DNA from: Pristiophorus japonicus
Lineage: Eukaryota
Direction: 5' to 3'
Length of the DNA stretch: 64,000 nucleotides
Assembly: GCF_044704955.1 (NCBI RefSeq)
Contig: NC_091993.1
Location: forward strand, 117,428,001-117,492,000
The notes beneath the pieces are model-generated. The model saw only the letters and a program-made list of their open reading frames with translations. It did not search any database and was not told where the DNA came from. Within the stretch, counting starts at the first letter, position 1, and each line of letters begins with the position of its first letter. This document shows, in pieces, positions 50,301 to 63,400 of the stretch. The translations under genes and the position numbers were made by a program.

Positions 50301-52090
50301 TCTCCACCACCGCCCCCCCCAGTCTCTCTCTCTCCCCAATGTCTCTCTCTCTCTCTCTCCCCTCCCGTCTCTCACTCTCTCCCACCCTCCCATCTCTCTC
50401 TCCACACCTCTCTCTCTTCCCCCTCCTCTAACATTGTCCCCTGTCTCTCCCTCTTCTCCTCTCTTTCAGTCCCCCTCTCCCTCCGTCTCTCTCTCTCTCT
50501 TCCCCCCCAGTCTCTCTCTTCCCCCCATCTCTCTCTCTTCCCCCATCTCTCCCCCCTCCGTCTCTCTTAGTTCCACCCATTCCCGCACCAAACCCCCCCC
50601 CCCCACCGGCTCTCTCTCCCTCCCTCTTCCCCCAGTATCTCTCTTTCCCCTGCCTCCCTCTATCCCCTGCCCCTCTCCCTCATCCCTCTCTCACCCCATC
50701 TCATCTCTCTCTCCCCTCCTCCACCCCCCATCTCTCTCCCCCTCTACCCCCATCTTCCCCCCACCACCCCCGTATCGCTCTCCCACCCCCATCTTTCTTT
50801 CCCTGCTCCTCCTGTCTCTCCCTCTCTGCTCCATCCTGTCTCTCTCTCTCTCCCCCTTCCACCCCGCCCAATCCTCTTCCTCCCCCCCGACTCTCTCTCT
50901 CTCTCTCTCTCCACCCGCCATGCCCCACGCTCCCCGCCCCGGTCTCGCTCTCTCTCCCCCTTGTCTCTCTCTCTCCCTCTTTCCCCCGTGTCTCTCTCTC
51001 TCTCTCTCCCCCCACATCCCTGTCTCCCTACTCCCCGACCCCGGTGTTTCTCTCTTCCTCCCCCATGTCTCTCTCACTCTCCCCCCATGTCACTCTCTCT
51101 GCCCCTCATCTCTCTCTCTTTCTCTCTCCACCAGTCTCTCTCCTTCTCTCTCCCCCAGTATCCCTCTCTCCCCCCGCCCCTCTGCCTCACTCTCCCTCCC
51201 ACCTCTGTCTCTCTCTCTCGCTCCGACCCCTGTCTCATTCTCTCCCTCCCCTCCCGTCACTCTCTCCCTCCCCTCCCCTCCTGTTATTCTCTCCCTCCAC
51301 CCCCACCACCGTTCTTTCTGTTCCTCCCCCACATTTCTCACTCCCCCATGTCGCTCTCTCTTTCCCCCCCCAGTCTCTCTCTCCCCCAGTCTGTCTCTCC
51401 TCCACCCTCCGTCTCACTCTCCCTCCCACCCGTCTCTCTCTCCCCCCCCGCCCCCGTCTCTCATTCTCCCCCCCCACCATCTCTCTCTCCCCCCTTTCAT
51501 CTCTCTCTCCCCACCTCGCAACTCTCGCTCCCTTCTCCTCTCTCTCCTCCCTTCTCCTCTCTTTCCCCCCAGTCTCTCTCTCTCTCTCTCCCCCAGTCTC
51601 TCTCTCTCTCCCCAGTCTCTCTCTCTCTCTCTCCCTCTCTACCCCAGTCTCTCTCTCTCTCTCCTCCCAGTCTCTCCCTCTCTCCCCCCGTCTCTCTCTC
51701 TCCCCCCGTCTCTCTCTCTCTCCCCCCGTCTCTCTCTCTCTCCCCCCAGTCGCTCTCTCTCTCTCCCCTCAATCTCTCGATCTCTCCCCTCAGTCTCGCG
51801 ATCTCTCCCCCCAGTCTCTCTCTCTCTCCCCCAGTCTCTCTCTCTCTCTCCCTCCCCCTAGTTTATTTCGCCCCCCTCCCCAGCTACCCCCCCCCCACCA
51901 ATCCTGTCTGTCTCTCTCTCTCTCTCCCCGTCTCACTCTCTTCCCTCCGCCGCCCCCACCCGCCACTGTCTCTCTCTCTCTCTCATTGTCTTTCTCCCCC
52001 TCCTCTGTCTCCCCGTCTCTCTCTCTTACCACCCCAGTCTCTCTCTCTCTTGCTCGCCCCCCAGTATCCCTCTCTCTCTCTCCCACTCCG
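41340..52090. repeat. ~6.3-kb polypyrimidine tract in intron 1 of copy B (41340-44966 and 49387-52090), split by the Gypsy element
   Basis: Almost pure C/T on the + strand; also contains a short CR1 3' end at ~43460-43557. Confidence 0.95.
44967..49386 (-). mobile_element. Full-length, decayed Gypsy/Ty3 LTR retrotransposon
   Basis: LTRs 44967-45171 and 49197-49386 (TG...CA), 5-bp TSD CTCCC, PBS TGGCGACGAG on - next to the 5' LTR, purine tract next to the 3' LTR. Gag knuckle CWRCGGNHRPHQC, protease LDMGAS, RT FQDD, RNase H and integrase (HVWWP..CNTC, HIDFA, DNG, SNGRAER) in Gypsy order. Confidence 0.95.
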
Positions 52091-52455
52091 ACAATGTTTT
52101 CTCTCACACCGAAGGCCGCAAAAATATTCCAAATAATGCAAAAGCGGGAAGCAAATCCAGCTCCAGGCTCCAGCGGCAGAAAATGTTTCAGCAGTGATGA
52201 GCTCCACCGGGCTCATGGTTTGGCTCCCAGTGACTGTATTCAAAAATAAATCATTGGCTGTGAAGCGCTTTGGCACATCCTGAGCATGTGATCAGACACT
52301 ATATTAACGTTTTCTTCCATCACAAACTAGAAGGAATTCACCTGTATCAATAGATGTAGTGGAGATGTAGTACAGAGTGGTAACTCTTATTCAATCGTAA
52401 CTGTTTGTATTAAGCAGTTATTTCCTGTTCAATTTCTGAAATATTGTCTCCTCAG

Positions 52456-52779
52456 TTTCAGGTGCATTGTGGGCAAATAAACGAGTAAGAGGAATTGTGG
52501 GAAGAGCGATCACCATAGAATGTCACTATGACCAAAGGTACCGGTCACATGTGAAATATTGGTGTCAGGGCTGGACTCACCAATGCTCAGTTGTAGTAAC
52601 AACAAATGATCAACATGGATGGGGAAGAAGAGTGTCAATCACAGATAACCAGACAGCAGGAATATTTGTTGTTACGATGAAGGACCTTCGCTCAGCAGAT
52701 GCAGGATGGTACAGTTGTGGTATTACAGAATCAGGCAGCTTCGATAAACGTTTCAATATAGAGCTACAAATATCTCACG
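52456..52779 (+). CDS. Receptor copy B, V-set Ig exon (CD300/pIgR-like)
   Basis: Same splice sites as copy A (donor gtacgt), 324 nt, open. Protein ITIECHYDQRYRSHVKYWCQGWTHQC...DAGWYSCG. Confidence 0.93.
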
Positions 52780-53404
52780 GTACGTTTCTCAGAGATGTGC
52801 TTTGTTACTCTCTACTGAACTGTCTGATCAATGTTGTATCTGGGAGGAAACATGAGAGCTCCGATATCCCGAGGCTCCGCAGCAGTGCAGAGTCTCACAG
52901 GTAGTGGGCAGAGGTGGGGAAATCCGACTCACGGTGCACACTCCCAATCCGTGGCCTGCCCAACTTCCCGACCAGGAATTTCAAGTATTATGGGACTAAC
53001 AATTCCTTTAACTACAGGGTGTTGTGCCAGACATCACATGGGAGGCTCACCACATGTCCCTGTTTCTGAGCTGTTTTAAATGTCCCACTGTCAGAGGTTT
53101 GCCTTCAGACTGAAACTAATAGTCAGACAATAACAAAAGCAGTGAGCAGCAAGTCGTTACTAATGGTATCAATTCCTTGACATTAATAAAAATACCTGTA
53201 ATCCACAGAGTTTAACAGGTTTCCTGTTTTCTTGATATGATGGGTGGCTCACATCATCAATGAGATATTTGGTCAACTTTACAAACAATATAAAATAAAA
53301 TTGAAAAGCTGGTCACTGTTTTGATTGTAAAAGAAGCCTCTTTATTAAATGTTGAGACATTATCTTCCTCCCCAGCATAACCTCCTGATGGATCAACTAT
53401 TAGA

Positions 53405-55707
53405 TGCAATGGTCCGGATATTAACTTCGAGACGTGTTCGGTGCAGGGGATCCAATATCGCGTGGGAAACCCGGAAGTAATTTCAGTCTGTCTGTGGCAT
53501 TTTAACGCAGCCGGCTCATTATAATTTACTCCCGGGTTTGGCGTTGCATGCGTGGTAACGGGAGTGCTGCGGGCACGCATGATGCGATCTTAACTGAAGT
53601 ATTTAAAGGACCAATCCAAAGATGGAATTCTAGGAGTTGGGCGGTTGGGAACAGAGACGGCAATTGTAGAAGATAGACTCAGGACGCTCAAAGCCCGCGC
53701 CCCACTTTAACAACGACTCCCTTGACGTACTAAAGGGGGCAGTGAGGAGTCGGGGAGAGATACCCTTCCCCAGAACCGAGAGGAAGAAACCTACAAAGGA
53801 GCCATGCCTGGATGTGACTGAAGATGTCAGCAGCAGGAGCATTATACCACTCTCCTGGAGTCAGCACAGGTAGCTCTTTAATCACCTAACCCGGTTAGGA
53901 AAGGTGAGTATAGCTGCTCCTTCTACCTGTTGTGCATATCACCCACCCCCTCAGCCTGTCTTTTCAAGTCTACTCCATCATATCACTCCTCACACCCACT
54001 TACCTTGCGTGCACACCCATCCTTCTCTTTCTAAGCACTTCCTCACATCCCCGTCTCTCCATCACCACTGCCACTCGCCCGAATCCTTATACAATTTCAT
54101 CCCTCTCACTGATCATCACCCTCATCACATGCACTGCATCCATCAGGTGAACACATGCCAATACCGTCACTCAAAGGTCTGTTATTCCTTCCCAGGGTGC
54201 ACCATCACAGGACTCATGCTTACCATGCACCAATGCAGATACTCACACTTCGGTGGGTCCAGTTAGACAGATAGTTGTGTTTTTACCTGGAGACTCACAC
54301 TTCACAAGTGAGCAAGAACAGAGAGTGGTGGCAGGGACTGCATCGGAGGGTACAGCACTCTCCAAACCATGTTCAGCTGGACACAGGTTCTGTACCCCGG
54401 GAGCTGTTGATGAAAAGGATAATCATTGAGGGGCAGCAGATAAGGCCTCCCACGCACACTGTCTACAATTGCAGAGGAGTCTACCTCAAGCATGAGTGGG
54501 TTGATGTCACAGGACATTGCGAGGATGTCTTCTTCCATGGATAGAATGGCCAACTCTGGAACATCAGTCGTGACAATCAAATGAGTCCATGCAAGCCTTG
54601 ACCACAGCCATAGATATCTGGTGTCTTAAATAGGATGGCAGACACCTTAGCCTTGTCCTTACAGCACATCACTGATCTGCTCAACAGCAGAGAGGTAGGA
54701 GTGAAGTGCGATTGGGCCTTCAGAGGGATGATGGTGAAAGGCGATATGGAAGTGGGGACTCCAATCAAAGTGCTCCCACTTCTCCACCACTGTCCCACCC
54801 CACCCCTCAGTCAGTACCCGACATGCTGCCTCCTCTCCCGATGGCTGAGTCTGCCACTGCACAGGTGCAGGTGAAGCAGTCTTTGGCAGGGCCCTCGTGG
54901 GCTCCAAACAGAGGACGGCGACCACTCAGCAGTCAGAGCAGAGAGCTGAGCAGCCTATCTTTACCTCTGCGTAAGTCATAAATGTTGCACCACATAGGAG
55001 CGTTAAGAAAAGTGTAAAGTTTTGTAGTTGCACAAGCCTATGCACATGTGTGTTTGAGAAATTGCTATGCTGTTAAGTAATGGTCCTTGAGCAGAACCAC
55101 ATAAAATATTTAACTTTGCACCACTTTAACTTGTTGCCCCTTATTGGCTGCTGGATTGCAACTGGTCTTTTCAGTTGCTCGTTAATGAATGGGAAGACGT
55201 GAATTGATGGGGAGATGAGCAATGGTGGTTGGTGGGTAGCAGGTCTGCTTTGTGTCAGTGGGATTGGTGCAGGGGTGGGGGCGTTGGGTGGGGTGGAGGT
55301 GGGGGTGGGGAGTTGGGAACAGCCATTGGATGTGGTTGTTACATCAGCCCAGTGGTGGTAACTGACTGAACCTTACAGCTATAAAGGAAACACTGGCATC
55401 GCGGGCAGCAATTTGAGTGACTGGTGCTGCGTTAGGGTCGCAATCTCTTCCTCCTCTTCCTGCTCCTTTTCCTCTTATCTTCCTCCTCCTTTTCCTCTTA
55501 TCTTCCTCCTCTGTCTCGGAATGGTCCGCAGACAACGTGTGCTCAGCTCCTTGTTCCTCCTGCAGCTCCAATCTCGCTGCTGCGCAGTGTTGTGCAGAGC
55601 GCAGTAAACCACCATCATTCTGTAGGCCCAGGCTGGTGAGCACTGAAGGGCGCCTCCAGATCTGTCCAGGCAACTTGAGGGTGATGTCAGGAAACACTTC
55701 TTCCCAC
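53405..55707. mobile_element. Duplicate of the Harbinger relic at 3150-5452
   Basis: Near-identical at offset +50255. Confidence 0.7.
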
Positions 55708-56379
55708 AAAGGGTAGTGGAACTATCGAAATCTCTACCCCAGAAATCTGTTGATGCTGGGGGTCAATTGAAAATTGCAAAACTGTCATTGGCCAATTTGC
55801 TTAGGCAAAGGTACTCAGGGTTATGGAACCAAGGCCGGTAGATGGAGATAAGATATAGATCAGCCAAGATTTAATTGAATGGCGGATCAGGCCCAAGGGG
55901 CTGAAACGCTTACGCCTTTTTCTATGTTCAGGACCTCCTGTTTATTTTTCAATGAATCTGAGTGTGCGAATAGAAAAGTAATTAAACCCACAAAACATGT
56001 AACAGATATCTGCCAGTTTTTTGCCGTTGTATTCTGCTGTAGTTTTCAATCTCTCTATAACTAGTCCACATTCAAGAGTTAAACAATGAAATAACATTGG
56101 AGGCTGGCTACCTGCTACTGAGAGAAATTGTTAGCCCTGATTTTCACATTGACGCATCCTCAGTATCATTGCTGCTGTCCCGATCTGGAGCCCTGCTATG
56201 TTCTGATATAATGGCAGACACGGTAGTTCAGTCTGCTGGGAGAATGGAGAGACATGGAGAGGGAGATGTGAGATTCCAACATGGCAGGCCCTGGCTGAGA
56301 TGCAGAAGTGCTGAAAATTGGAGAGTGTTTGATTTTTAAATGTTTAGTCAATATCTGAATGTTTGTTTCTTTCCCACAG

Positions 56380-56703
56380 AATCCGTGTCAGTTCCTGTAC
56401 TTAGATATTTATCGCCACCAAATGTCTCATGTTCTGGGGGCTCAGTGTCAGCCTCCTGTGAGTCTGTCCAGGGATCCCTTCCCATTCAGTACACATGGTA
56501 TGAACAGACCCCGATTAAAGGTTCAAAGATCTCCGACACCAATAAACTGGATCTACATTGTCAATCCTTCAAACAGCAACATCATCAATATTACTGCACA
56601 GCCTCAAATAATCAGGGAGAGAAATCCAGTGAAATGGTCGATGTGTCAGTCTTCAACAGAGCAGGGAAGCGCTGCAGTTATGTGACACAAATCAGCGGCA
56701 TTG
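56380..56703 (+). CDS. Receptor copy B, second Ig exon (C2/I-set, FCRL-like)
   Basis: Identical to 6125-6448 except CAC>CGC (H>R) and AGT>AGC (silent). Confidence 0.92.
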
Positions 56704-56722
56704 GTAAGTGTTACTTTAAACA

Positions 56723-59073
56723 AACATAGAAACATAGAAACATAGAAAATAGGTGCAGGAGTAGGCCATTCGGCCTTTCGAGCCTGCACCGCCATTCAAT
56801 GAGTTCATGGCTGAACATGCAACTTCAGTACCCCATTCCTGCTTTCTCGCCATACCCCTTGATCCCCCTAGTAGTAAGGACCACATCTAACTCCTTTTTG
56901 AATATATTTGGTGAATTGGCCTCAACAACTTTCTGTGGTAGAGAATTCCACAGGTTCAACACTCTCTGGAGGAAGAAGTTTCTCCTCATCTCTGTCCTAA
57001 ATGACTTACCCCTTATCCTTAGACTGTGACCCCTGGTTCAGGACTTCCCCAACATTGGGAACATTCTTCCTTCATCTAACCTGCCTAAATCCGTCAGAAT
57101 TTTAAACGTTTCTATGAAATCCCCTCTCATTCTTCTGAACGTCAGTGAATACAAGCCCAGTTGATCCAGTCTTTCTTGATATGTCAGTCCCGCCATCCCG
57201 GGAATCAGTTTGGTGAACCTTTGCTGCACTCCCTCAATAGCAAGAATGTCCTTCCTCAAGTTAGGAGACCAAAACTGTACACACTACTCCAGGTGTGGCC
57301 TCACCAAGGCCCTGTACAACTGTAGTAACACCTCCCTGCCCCTGTACTCAAATCCCCTCGCTATGAAGGCCCACATGCCATTTGCTTTCTTAACCGCATG
57401 CTGCACCTGCATGCCAACCTTCAATGACTGATGTACCATGACACCCAGGTCTCATTGCACCTCCCGTTTTCCTAATCTGTCACCATTCAGATAATAGTCT
57501 GTCTCTCTGTTTTTACCACCAAAGTAGATAACCTCACATTTATCCACATTATACTTCATCTGCCATGCATTTGCCCACTCACCTAACCCATCCAAATCAC
57601 TCTGCAGCCTCATAGCATCCTCCTCGCAGCTCACACTGCCACCCAACTTAGTGTCATCCGCAAATTTGGAGATACTACATTTAATCCCCTCGTCTAAATC
57701 ATTAATGTACAATGTACACAGCTGGGGCCCCAGCACAGAACCTTGCGGTACCCCACTAGTCACTGCCTGCCATTCTGAAAAGTAACCATTTACTCCTACT
57801 CTTTGCTTTCTGTCTGCCACCAGTTCTCAATTCACATCAGCACACTACCCCCAATCCCATGTGCTTTAACTTTGCACATTAATCTCTTGTGTGGGACCTG
57901 GTCGAAAGCCTTCTGAAAGTCCAAATACATCACATCAACTGGTTCTTCCTTGTCCACTCTACTGGAAACATCCTCAAAAAATTCCAGAAGATTTATCAAG
58001 CATGATTTCCCTTTCACAAATCCATGCTGACTTGGACGTATCATGTCACCTCTTTCCAAATGCGCAGCTATGACATCCTTAATAATTGATTCCATCATTT
58101 TACCCACTACTGATGTCAGGCTGACTGGTCTATAATTCCCTGCTTTCTCTCTCCCTCCTTTTTTAAAAAGTGGGGTTACATTGGCTACCCTCCACTCCAT
58201 AGGAACTGATCCAGAGTCAATGGAATGTTGGAAAATGACTGTCAATACATCGGCTATTTCCAAGGCCATCTCCTTAAGTACTCTGGGATGCAGACCATCA
58301 GGCCCTGGGGATTTATCGGCCTTCAATCCCATCAATTTCCCCAACACAATTTCCCGACTAATAAGGATTTCCCTCAGTTCCTCCTTCTTACTAGACCCTC
58401 TGACCCCTTTTATATCCGGAAGATTGTTTGTGCCCTCCTTAGTGAATACCGAACCAAAGTACTTGTTCAATTGGTCTGCCATTTCTTTGTTCCCCGTTAT
58501 GACTTCCCCTGATTCTGACTGCAGGGGACCTATGTTTGTCTTTGCTAACCTTTTTCTCTTTACATATCTATAGAAGCTTTTGCAGTACGTTTTAATGTTC
58601 CCTGCACGCTTCCTCTCGTACTCTATTTTCCCTGCCCTAATCAAACCCTTTGTCCTCCTCTGCTGAGTTCTAAATTTCTCCCAGTCCCTGGGTTCGTTGC
58701 TATTTCTGGCCAATTTGTATGCCACTTCCTTGGCTTTAATACTATCCCTGATTTCCCTTAATAGCCACGGTTGAGCCACCTTCCCTTTTTTATTTTTACG
58801 CCAGACAGGGATGTACAATTGTTGTAGTTCATCCATGCGGTCTCTAAATGTCTGCTATTGCCCATCCACCGTCAACCCCTTAAGTATCATTCGCCAATCT
58901 ATCCTAGCCAATTCACGCCTCATACCTTCAAAGTTACCCTTCTTTAAGTTCTGGATCATGGTCTCTGAATTAACTGTTTCATTCTCCATCCTAATGCAGA
59001 ATTCCACCATATTATGGTCACTCTTCCCCAAGGGGAACGAGATTGCTAATTAATCCTCTCTCATTACACAATA
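56723..59073 (-). mobile_element. Duplicate of CR1 at 6468-8810
   Basis: Near-identical; one extra AGAAACAT tail unit; lacks the stop seen at 8208-8210. Confidence 0.95.
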
Positions 59074-59297
59074 TGGTTAATGAATTTTTTAAATGAGTAT
59101 CGATCCAAACTGGTCACTGGTTAAATGCCTTCAGTCACTGAGCGACTTCAAGTGGCCAAATTCAATCCATTTGGATCGCTCAATAGTTAAAAACAGAATT
59201 ATTCAGTCACCATAACACCATGTCCCTGGTTCTGAATTAAGGAGGACTTAAGTTAATTTAAATGTATTGGTTTAATTTTTCGCAGAGTGGGCACATG

Positions 59298-60038
59298 AAA
59301 ACTTAAGAAATAGGAGTAGGAGTAGGCCATATGGCCCCTCGAGCCTGCTCCGCCATTCAATAAGATCATGGACTCAGGTCCACTTCCCTGCCCACTCCCC
59401 ATGACCCCTTATCCCCTTATCATTAAAGAAACTGTCTATTTCTGTCTTAAATTTATTCAATTTCCCAGCTTCCACAGCTATCTGAGGCAGCGAATTCCAC
59501 AGATTTACAACCCTCAAAGAAGAAATTTCTCCTCATCTCTGTTTTAAATGGGCGGCCTCTTATTCTAAGATCATGCCCTCTAGTTCTAGTCTCCCCCATC
59601 AGTGGAAACATCCTCTCTGCATCCACCTTGTCAAGCCCCCTCATAATCTTATATGTTTCGATAAGATCACCTCTCTTTCTTTTGAATTCCAGTGAGTAGA
59701 GGCCCAACCTACTCAACCTTTCCTCATAAGTCAACCCCCTCATCCCCGAAATCAACCTCGTGAACCTTCTCTGAACTGCATCCAAAATAAGTATATCCTT
59801 TTCGTAAATATGGAAACCAAAACTGCACGCAGTATTCCAGGTGTGGCCTTACCAATACCTTGTATAGCTGTAACAAGACATCCCTACTTTTATACACCAT
59901 CCCCTTTGCAATAAAGGCCAAGATACCATTGGCTTTCCTGATCACTTGCTGTACCTGCATACTAACCGTTTGTGTTTCATGCACAAGTACCCCCAGGTCC
60001 TGCTGTACTGCTGCACTTTGCAATCTTTCTCCATTTCG
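59298..60038 (-). mobile_element. Duplicate of CR1 fragment at 9035-9775
   Basis: Identical ORF translations at offset +50263. Confidence 0.9.
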
Positions 60039-60400
60039 GAGGATAGAAGCAATATGTTCGCAATATGTTCACCAGTGGCTGCGCTGAGAAACATCAAAAT
60101 GGTCAGAAAACAAAGAGAAATGCATTTCCTCCTAAGCAGCAATAAATATAAATGAACATATGCAAATATTGACTCTGGCCATATGCTCGTGGATTCACTT
60201 GCAGAGATAATGTTTCAGGTCGATGACCCTTTGTCAGAACTGGAAAAGATTAAAGATCTAACAGGTATTTGAGCAAGTATAGGGGCAGTGAAAGGGGGAG
60301 GGGAGGAAAGAACAAAAGGTAAGGTCTGTGATAGGGTGGAAGGCAGGAGAGATTAAGAAAGAAAAGGGATGATGGTGCAATGCAAAAGGAGTTGGCAATG

Positions 60401-63400
60401 AGCATTCTGTGGGGAGAGGGTGAACAGCCAGAGGCCATGGTCCATATCGGTACCAATGACAGGTAGAAAGAAGGATGAAGTCATGCAGGCAGATTTCAGA
60501 GAGCAAGCAGAGAGGTTAAAAAGCAGGACCCCAAAGATAGTAATCGGCGGATTACTACCGGTGCCACGTGCTAGTGAGTAAAGAAATCGGAGGATAGAGC
60601 AGATGATTGTGTGGCTGGAGAGATGGTGCACCAGGGAGGGCTTTAGGTTCCTGATCCATTGGGACCGTTTCCGGGGGAGGTGGGACCTGTACACCTCAAT
60701 AGAACCGGGACCAATATCCTCGCGGGGGGGAGCGGGCGGTGGTATATTGCCAGTGCTGTTGGGAAGGAGTTAATCTAGATTGGCGGGGGATGGGAAGCTG
60801 GGAATAAATTCCGAAGGAAGAGAAGCAAAGCTGGAATTGGAAAGCAGAAAAGAAGAAAGTGAATTTGGAAGGCAGAGGAAACAATGGCTAGAAAATAGAC
60901 AACAAGGGAGTTTGGTAGTGCTAAATGGTATATATTTCAATGCAAGGAGTCTGGGGAATAAGGCAGATGAGCTGAGAGCACAGATAGACACTTGGGAGTA
61001 GGATGTTATAGCTATTTCTGAGACATGGCTGAAAGAAGCGAAGGTATGGCAGCTCAACATTCCTAGTTTTAGGGTTTTCAGATGGGATAGAGATGGGGAT
61101 AAAGAGGATGGGGGCGTGGCAGTATTGATTAAAGAAACAATTACACCTGTGAGGAACGATGATATGTTAGCAGGATTATCAAATGAGGCTATGTGGGTTA
61201 AATTGAACAACAAAAAAGTGGCGCTCACACTGCTGGGAGTGTACTATTGACCCACAGTCAGAGGATGATCGAAGAGCAAACATGCAGGCAGATTTCTGAG
61301 TATTGCAAAAACTATAGGGCTGCAATAGTAGGGGATTTCAACTGCCCTAATATTAACTGGGATAACATTAGTGTGAAAGTTATACAGGGTGCGGAATTCC
61401 TAAAATGCATTCAGGGGACCTTTTTTAGCCAGTATGTAGCAAGCCCAACAAGGGAGGGGGCGGTTTTGGACTTAGTTTTAGGGAATGAAGCCTGCAGATA
61501 GAAGGTGTATCAATGGAAGAGTATTTTGGTGCTAGTGATCATAATTCAGATAGATTTAGGGTAGTTATGGAAAAGGACAAGATAGACCAGGAATAAAAGT
61601 GCTCAATTGGGGAAAAGCCAATTTTGTTATGTTGAGATGGTATTTAGCCAAAGTAGACTGGGAACAGCTATTTGAAGGTAAATCAGTGTCAGAGCAGTGG
61701 GAGACATTCAAGGAGGAGATCCTGAATGTTCAGAGCAAGTATGTTCCCTTCAAGAAAAAAGGTGGGACTAATCTGGAGCCTCCTGGGTGTCATGGGGCAT
61801 ACAGGGTAGGAGAAAGGAAAAAAAGGGAGGCATGTGACAGATACCAAGGACTCAAAACTTCAGAAACTCTAGAGAAGTATAGTAAGTGCAGGGGTGAAAT
61901 TAAAAAGGAAATTAGGAAAGCAAAGAGAGAGAATGAAAACATTTTGGCAAGTAAATTCAAGGAAAACCCAAATATTTTTCATAAATACATTAACAGCAAG
62001 AGGATAACTAAAGAAAAAGTAGGGCCCATTAGAAACAAAAAGGTAATCTGTGTGTGGAGTCAGATGTGTGTAGGGTTCTTAATGAATACTTTGCATCTGT
62101 TTTCACAAAAGAAAGAGGTGATGCAGACATTGCAATGAGGGAGAAGGAACATGAAATATTGGATGAAATAAACATAGAGAGAGAGGAAGTATTAAGGGGT
62201 TTAGCAGCTTTGAAAGTGGATAAGTCCCCAGGCCCGGATGAAATGTGTGCCAGGCTGTTGAGAAGCAAAAGAGGAAATAGCAGAGGCTTTGACCATCATT
62301 TTCCAAACCTCTCTGGCAACAGGTGTGGTGCCTGATGACTGGAGGACTGCTAATGTTGTACCTCTGTTTAAAAAAAGGAGAAAGGGATAGACTGAGTAAT
62401 TACAGGCCAGTCAGCTGAACCTCCGTGGTGGCAAAATTATTGGAAAAAATGGTGTGGGACAGGATAAATCTTCATTTAGAAACACACAGATTAATCAAGG
62501 ACAGGCAGCATGGATGTTTTAAGGGAAGGTCGTGTCTGACTAACTTGATTGCATTTTTTGAGGAGGTAACAAGGAGGTTCGATGAGGGTAGCACGTTTGA
62601 TGTAGTGTCTATGGATTTTAGCAAGGCTTTTGATAAGTTCCCACATGGCAGACTGGTTACAAAATTAAAAGCCCATGGGACCAAGGCAAAGTGGCAAGTT
62701 GGATCCAAAATTGGCACAGAGGCAGGAAGCAAAGGGTAATGGTTGGTGGGTGGTTTTGTGACTGGAAGGCTGTTTCCAGTGGATTTCCACAGGGCTCAGT
62801 ACTAGGTCCCTTGCTTTTTGTAGTATATATCAATGATTTAGACTTGAATGTAGAGTGTATGATTAAGAAGTTTGCAGATGATACAAAAATTGGCTGTGGG
62901 GTTGATAATGAAGAAAGCTGTAGACTGCAGGAAGATATCATTGAACTGGTGGACAGAACAGTGACAAATGGAATTCAATCCGGAGAAGTGTGAGGCAATG
63001 CATTTCGGGAGGAGTAACAAGACAAGAGAATACACATTAAATGGTGGGACACTGAGAAGTGTAGAGGAACAAAGGGACCTTGGAGTGCAGGTCCACAGGT
63101 TCCTGAAAGTAGCAAGTTCGATAGATAAGGTGCGAAGAAGCCATTCGGAATACTTGCCTTCATTAGCCGAGGCATAGAATACAAGAGTAGGGAGGTTATG
63201 CTTGAACTGTATAAAACACTAGTTAGGCCACAGCTAGAGTACTACGTGCAGTTCTGGTCACCACATTACAGGAAAGATGTGATTGCACTGGACAGGGTAC
63301 AGAAGAGATTTACGAGGATGTTGCCTGGACTGGAGAATTTTAGCTATGAGGAAAGATTGGATAGGCTGGGATTGTTTTCTTTGAGGATGAGAGGAGATCT

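Noticed and set aside
41329-52249. Long ORFs (up to 704 aa) rich in Ser/Leu/Pro or Arg/Glu/Gly, also at 56-1994
   Set aside because: C/T-only sequence cannot form stop codons; all frames are open and no domain is recognisable.
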